Under the pieces are notes generated by a model. The model searched no databases, was not told the DNA's origin, and saw only the letters and a program-made list of their open reading frames with translations. Shown piece after piece: positions 60,592 to 64,000 of a stretch of 64,000 bases of DNA (positions are counted from its first letter, which is position 1; every line of letters starts with the position of its first letter). The DNA is taken from the IMG/VR virus record IMGVR_UViG_3300013137_002967, positions 22,113-86,112 of that record. One strand, written 5' to 3'. A program made the position numbers and the translations under genes. The stretch is from a virus.

Positions 60592-60915
60592 TCAAAGATT
60601 TTTCAATCTCTTTATCTTAATTCTTCTTAATTCTTTCGTTGTTACTTTTAACCATTCTTCTTTAGAATCATAATTTTTTCCTTTATAATAATATTTATCT
60701 AAAGAATCATTATTATAATCTATAGCAGGACCATTCAATCTATGATATTTGTTGAATTTTTTATACTCTACTCTATCTTTAAAGTTGATAATAGTGATTT
60801 TTTCATTATTATTTAACCATGATTCAATGTTGACATCATTAATGTAATAATCTATTAATTTGTTTGATTTTTCTTGCTTATCCTTTATGGATTCTATATT
60901 ATTAATATCATTCAT
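60592..60915 (-). CDS. hypothetical protein with HRxxGPA motif and C-terminal RxxKIxxL motif
   Basis: YHRLNGPAI...YYYKG; ends ELRRIKIKRL. Confidence 0.65.
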   Translation of the reverse strand: MNDINNIESIKDKQEKSNKLIDYYINDVNIESWLNNNEKITIINFKDRVEYKKFNKYHRLNGPAIDYNNDSLDKYYYKGKNYDSKEEWLKVTTKELRRIKIKRLKNL

Positions 60916-60991
60916 ATCTTAGTTTTTTCATTCTGCGAGACATTTTGTCTTTATTTTTTTATATATAGTATTAAATACAAAAAGTTTATAA

Positions 60992-63133
60992 ATGCAAAAC
61001 AATATATGGAATCGAAGACTTGATTGGATCAAGAGTGGTATAACTTCGCCATTTATATATTATCAACAGAATCGTACAGAAATTTATAACGAAAATAGAT
61101 TTATTTCAGTTAGTGATATTTATTTCAGACTTAATAAATATCTAACTGGTGTTACATTCACCTATGTTAATAACTTAGATGATATTTATAATATGGAAAA
61201 TCTATTAACAGGTGATGGTTATTCCCTTGTTAATATGTATAATGAATATGATGTTATTGATAGAACTATGAAAAATATCATATTTGTTGATGTTGCTGCA
61301 GATACCAATATTGATATAGATTATCAATGGTTCGAAATTAATGATGTTAAATTAATACCAGGACATCTAGTATTACTAAAGAATCAAACAAATCAAACTG
61401 AGAATGATATCTATTCAGTAGATCAACAATATTTTCTAAATAACGCTGGATATTTATCAACTAGAGAAAAATCTGAAAAATTTAGTTGTAGTGTTAAGCT
61501 AGGTAAGAACGCTGATAAACAATTCTATTTGTCTAATAATGGATTAGTGTTTCCAATATTTAATGAGCCTAAATATTTTATTGAAGGTAAATCATATATT
61601 CTTAAAAATTTAATTCAATATAATCTATTGAATGATAGAACAGGTTCTACTGAATCATCTAAGATTATTTTTACTGATTATGATTTTGCTAGAAAACAAT
61701 TATCTGAAAATTATAGTAGATATAATGAAATAATGATAAGTGGTATACCAGCAGTGAGTTATACATCTAATTATATAACTATAAACTATCATCATGATAG
61801 TTATATGATAAGATCCGGTTCAACAACAGGTGGTACATTTAGTAATATCGTTTCAGGTATCACAAATAGTCTAAGTGGATATACATCCGTTCCTATGCCT
61901 TTAGGTACAGATTTTAGAGTTGGTGATTATATCTATTTGAATATATTTAGTGGATCAACGTTCTTTACAGGTGGAACAACACATTTAGAAATGTGGCAAT
62001 TTATTAAAAATATACAAAATAACTATATCATATTAGAGGAAACCATTCCCAGTTATATATTAACAGATTTATCTAATTGTACTTTTTTTATTGAAAATCT
62101 TAATGTTGCAACAGATTGGTATGATGCAATAGAAAAAGTGACGGACTATACACCTCATTGTGATTATTATACATTATCTGCTTTTACATGGACTAGTGGT
62201 GGTACAGATTTTATAGATATAATATTATCACCGAAAGAAAATCTATTCAATAAATATTTTGATTATGATGGATTAGTATTTCAATTTACTGATGCTTATG
62301 ATGAATATATTTTTTCAACGTCAATTCCATATCTTAAATATAAATTGTATGATAAATTGTCACAGATAAGTTCAGGATTTACCTCAGGTTTTACATTTTT
62401 TAATGAGCAATTGATAAGTGGTGTGACACTGAATTCATATCTATATACTGATAATGGTAGAATAAAGATATCAACATCTCTAACAGGGCTTACCAATATT
62501 TTTAAACCCTATACATATGTCTATACTACTGCATATGGTCAAATCATTCAAAGAGCATTGGTCTATAGTGTTTCTGATTATGAGGTAATCATAGAAAAAC
62601 CTAGAAATTGGACAACCTATCCAACTCAGACACAACTACCACAAGTAACATCTATTCAGAATATAGATGGTTTAAAAAATATTTCAGATATTTTATACGA
62701 AGTTTATATTAATGAAACTTATGATTGGTATATTAAAAAATCAGATAATGAGAGAAAATATATTGCTAAATCATACGCAGAATTACTAACCAATAATGAT
62801 TTCTTCAGAAAAAATGTTACAGGTGTTTTATATGAAAATAATAATAATGAATTTATTTTGAAATTATATGATATTGTTAACGACTCAAATTTAACACAAT
62901 TTGAATTAATAGAATTGATTTATATTGGTGCTGATAGAAAATCTAGATTACCGGTACCATTAAAATTAATTGATGATGAAGGTACCTATGTATTAAGTTG
63001 GGATATTTTAGATGGTGGTATAGATGGTATTGCAGGTATTATTTATGACGCAGGATTTGACGCAATTTTACCAGGATTTAATAATCCACCTTTAATATAT
63101 ACACAAATAGACGGAGGATTAGATTCTGTTTAA
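60992..63133 (+). CDS. probable virion structural protein
   Basis: VLLKNQTNQTENDIY motif seen in tail/virion proteins; SG(T/S)-rich; ends in DGG motifs. Confidence 0.6.
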   Translation: MQNNIWNRRLDWIKSGITSPFIYYQQNRTEIYNENRFISVSDIYFRLNKYLTGVTFTYVNNLDDIYNMENLLTGDGYSLVNMYNEYDVIDRTMKNIIFVDVAADTNIDIDYQWFEINDVKLIPGHLVLLKNQTNQTENDIYSVDQQYFLNNAGYLSTREKSEKFSCSVKLGKNADKQFYLSNNGLVFPIFNEPKYFIEGKSYILKNLIQYNLLNDRTGSTESSKIIFTDYDFARKQLSENYSRYNEIMISGIPAVSYTSNYITINYHHDSYMIRSGSTTGGTFSNIVSGITNSLSGYTSVPMPLGTDFRVGDYIYLNIFSGSTFFTGGTTHLEMWQFIKNIQNNYIILEETIPSYILTDLSNCTFFIENLNVATDWYDAIEKVTDYTPHCDYYTLSAFTWTSGGTDFIDIILSPKENLFNKYFDYDGLVFQFTDAYDEYIFSTSIPYLKYKLYDKLSQISSGFTSGFTFFNEQLISGVTLNSYLYTDNGRIKISTSLTGLTNIFKPYTYVYTTAYGQIIQRALVYSVSDYEVIIEKPRNWTTYPTQTQLPQVTSIQNIDGLKNISDILYEVYINETYDWYIKKSDNERKYIAKSYAELLTNNDFFRKNVTGVLYENNNNEFILKLYDIVNDSNLTQFELIELIYIGADRKSRLPVPLKLIDDEGTYVLSWDILDGGIDGIAGIIYDAGFDAILPGFNNPPLIYTQIDGGLDSV

Positions 63134-63196
63134 TATTATAACAAAATATTTTTAATTGAAAAATTATATATATAGAAAGAAAAAACAATTTAATTA

Positions 63197-64000
63197 ATGT
63201 CTAAAGTTGAAAAATATGCTAGAATAATAATTAAAAGAAGTGATATAGTTGGTTTAGCACCAACCATACCTTTAACTGGCGTAACATCATCAAATGATCA
63301 CACATTATCACCTCCATGGCAAACTAGTGATATTTATACTGGTGAATTTTTCTTAAATCAAAGAGACGAGAAACTTTGGCTTAGAACCAGTGAAACTAAT
63401 ATTCAGCAAATTGCATTTATTAGTGATTTAAATTCAGGTGGCACAAGTGGAGTTACTTATTTAAGTCAACTCGCAGACGTTGATGTTTCAACTGTTTCAA
63501 ATGGACAAATATTGGTATTTAGTGGTGGAACATGGTATAATCAAGATAATACCGGTTCAAACTTTACATATAGCGGAACTTCAGATTATCAAATTCTAAT
63601 GTGGTCCGGTACTTCTTGGACCGTATCTGATAAGTTGATAGAACCAGGAAGTTTTGTTTTTTATCCTTCTGAAGGTAAAATGTATTATGAAACTCCAGAA
63701 GTTGGACACTATGAAATATCTATTTTTGGATCTAATAGTGGTTTAACCGGAGTTACAGAGAGAGATATATTAATTTTTGACGGTCAATATTGGGTAAATA
63801 GTGCCGTTACATTTTCTACTGCTGGTACTGATGGATCATCAGGTAGTTCTGGTGCAAATGGCTCATCAGGTTCATCTGGATCATCAGGCGAAGATGGCTC
63901 ATCAGGCTCATCAGGTAGTTCTGGTGCAAATGGCTCATCAGGCTCATCTGGATCATCAGGCGAAGATGGCTCATCAGGCTCATCAGGTAGTTCTGGTGCA
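63197..64000 (+). CDS. tail-fibre-like protein, 5' part (runs off the window)
   Basis: MSKVEKYARIIIKRS...P...GEFFLN..DEKLW; L.DV...GQIL.F.G..W repeats; Gly-X-Y GSS repeats. Confidence 0.8.
   Translation, partial: MSKVEKYARIIIKRSDIVGLAPTIPLTGVTSSNDHTLSPPWQTSDIYTGEFFLNQRDEKLWLRTSETNIQQIAFISDLNSGGTSGVTYLSQLADVDVSTVSNGQILVFSGGTWYNQDNTGSNFTYSGTSDYQILMWSGTSWTVSDKLIEPGSFVFYPSEGKMYYETPEVGHYEISIFGSNSGLTGVTERDILIFDGQYWVNSAVTFSTAGTDGSSGSSGANGSSGSSGSSGEDGSSGSSGSSGANGSSGSSGSSGEDGSSGSSGSSGA
63836..64000 (+). repeat. 72-bp tandem repeat encoding collagen-like GSSGSSGANGSSGSSGSSGEDGSS units
   Basis: Units start at 63836, 63908 and 63980; one mismatch between the first two. Confidence 0.95.

Overview
Very AT-rich, gene-dense segment of a large (jumbo-type) T4-like/myovirus phage genome read in the standard genetic code. 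The host is most likely a Bacteroidota: ten TAnnTTTG (-7) host-sigma boxes sit just upstream of gene starts. It carries DNA metabolism genes (NAD-dependent ligase, tdk, fused SbcD-SbcC, RuvC-like resolvase, gp62-like clamp-loader subunit) and auxiliary metabolism genes (purA, deoC, TonB receptor-pnuC-nadR, pncA, pncB). It also carries translation and protein-quality genes (def, slyD, nusG, S1-like protein, ClpS, intein-split ClpC/B), a hybrid histidine kinase, two radical SAM genes, virion/tail genes and several intact or decayed homing endonucleases. Best leads: (1) a radical SAM gene coupled to a protein ending in a GCGS x3 + GC Cys-rich tail, a candidate phage RiPP-like or protein-modification system; (2) an early-expressed outer-membrane-to-cytoplasm NAD-precursor import and salvage route; (3) unannotated ribbon-helix-helix genes coupled to homing endonucleases, twice as divergent pairs sharing an AAAATG-N11-CATTTT palindrome; (4) two recurrent peptide tags, an N-terminal capsid-targeting-like motif and a C-terminal RxxK[LIM]xx[LI] motif, that track different promoter classes; (5) an unannotated ArfA-like small protein and a leader-peptide attenuator. 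All protein calls come from motif recognition by eye; no database search was run.
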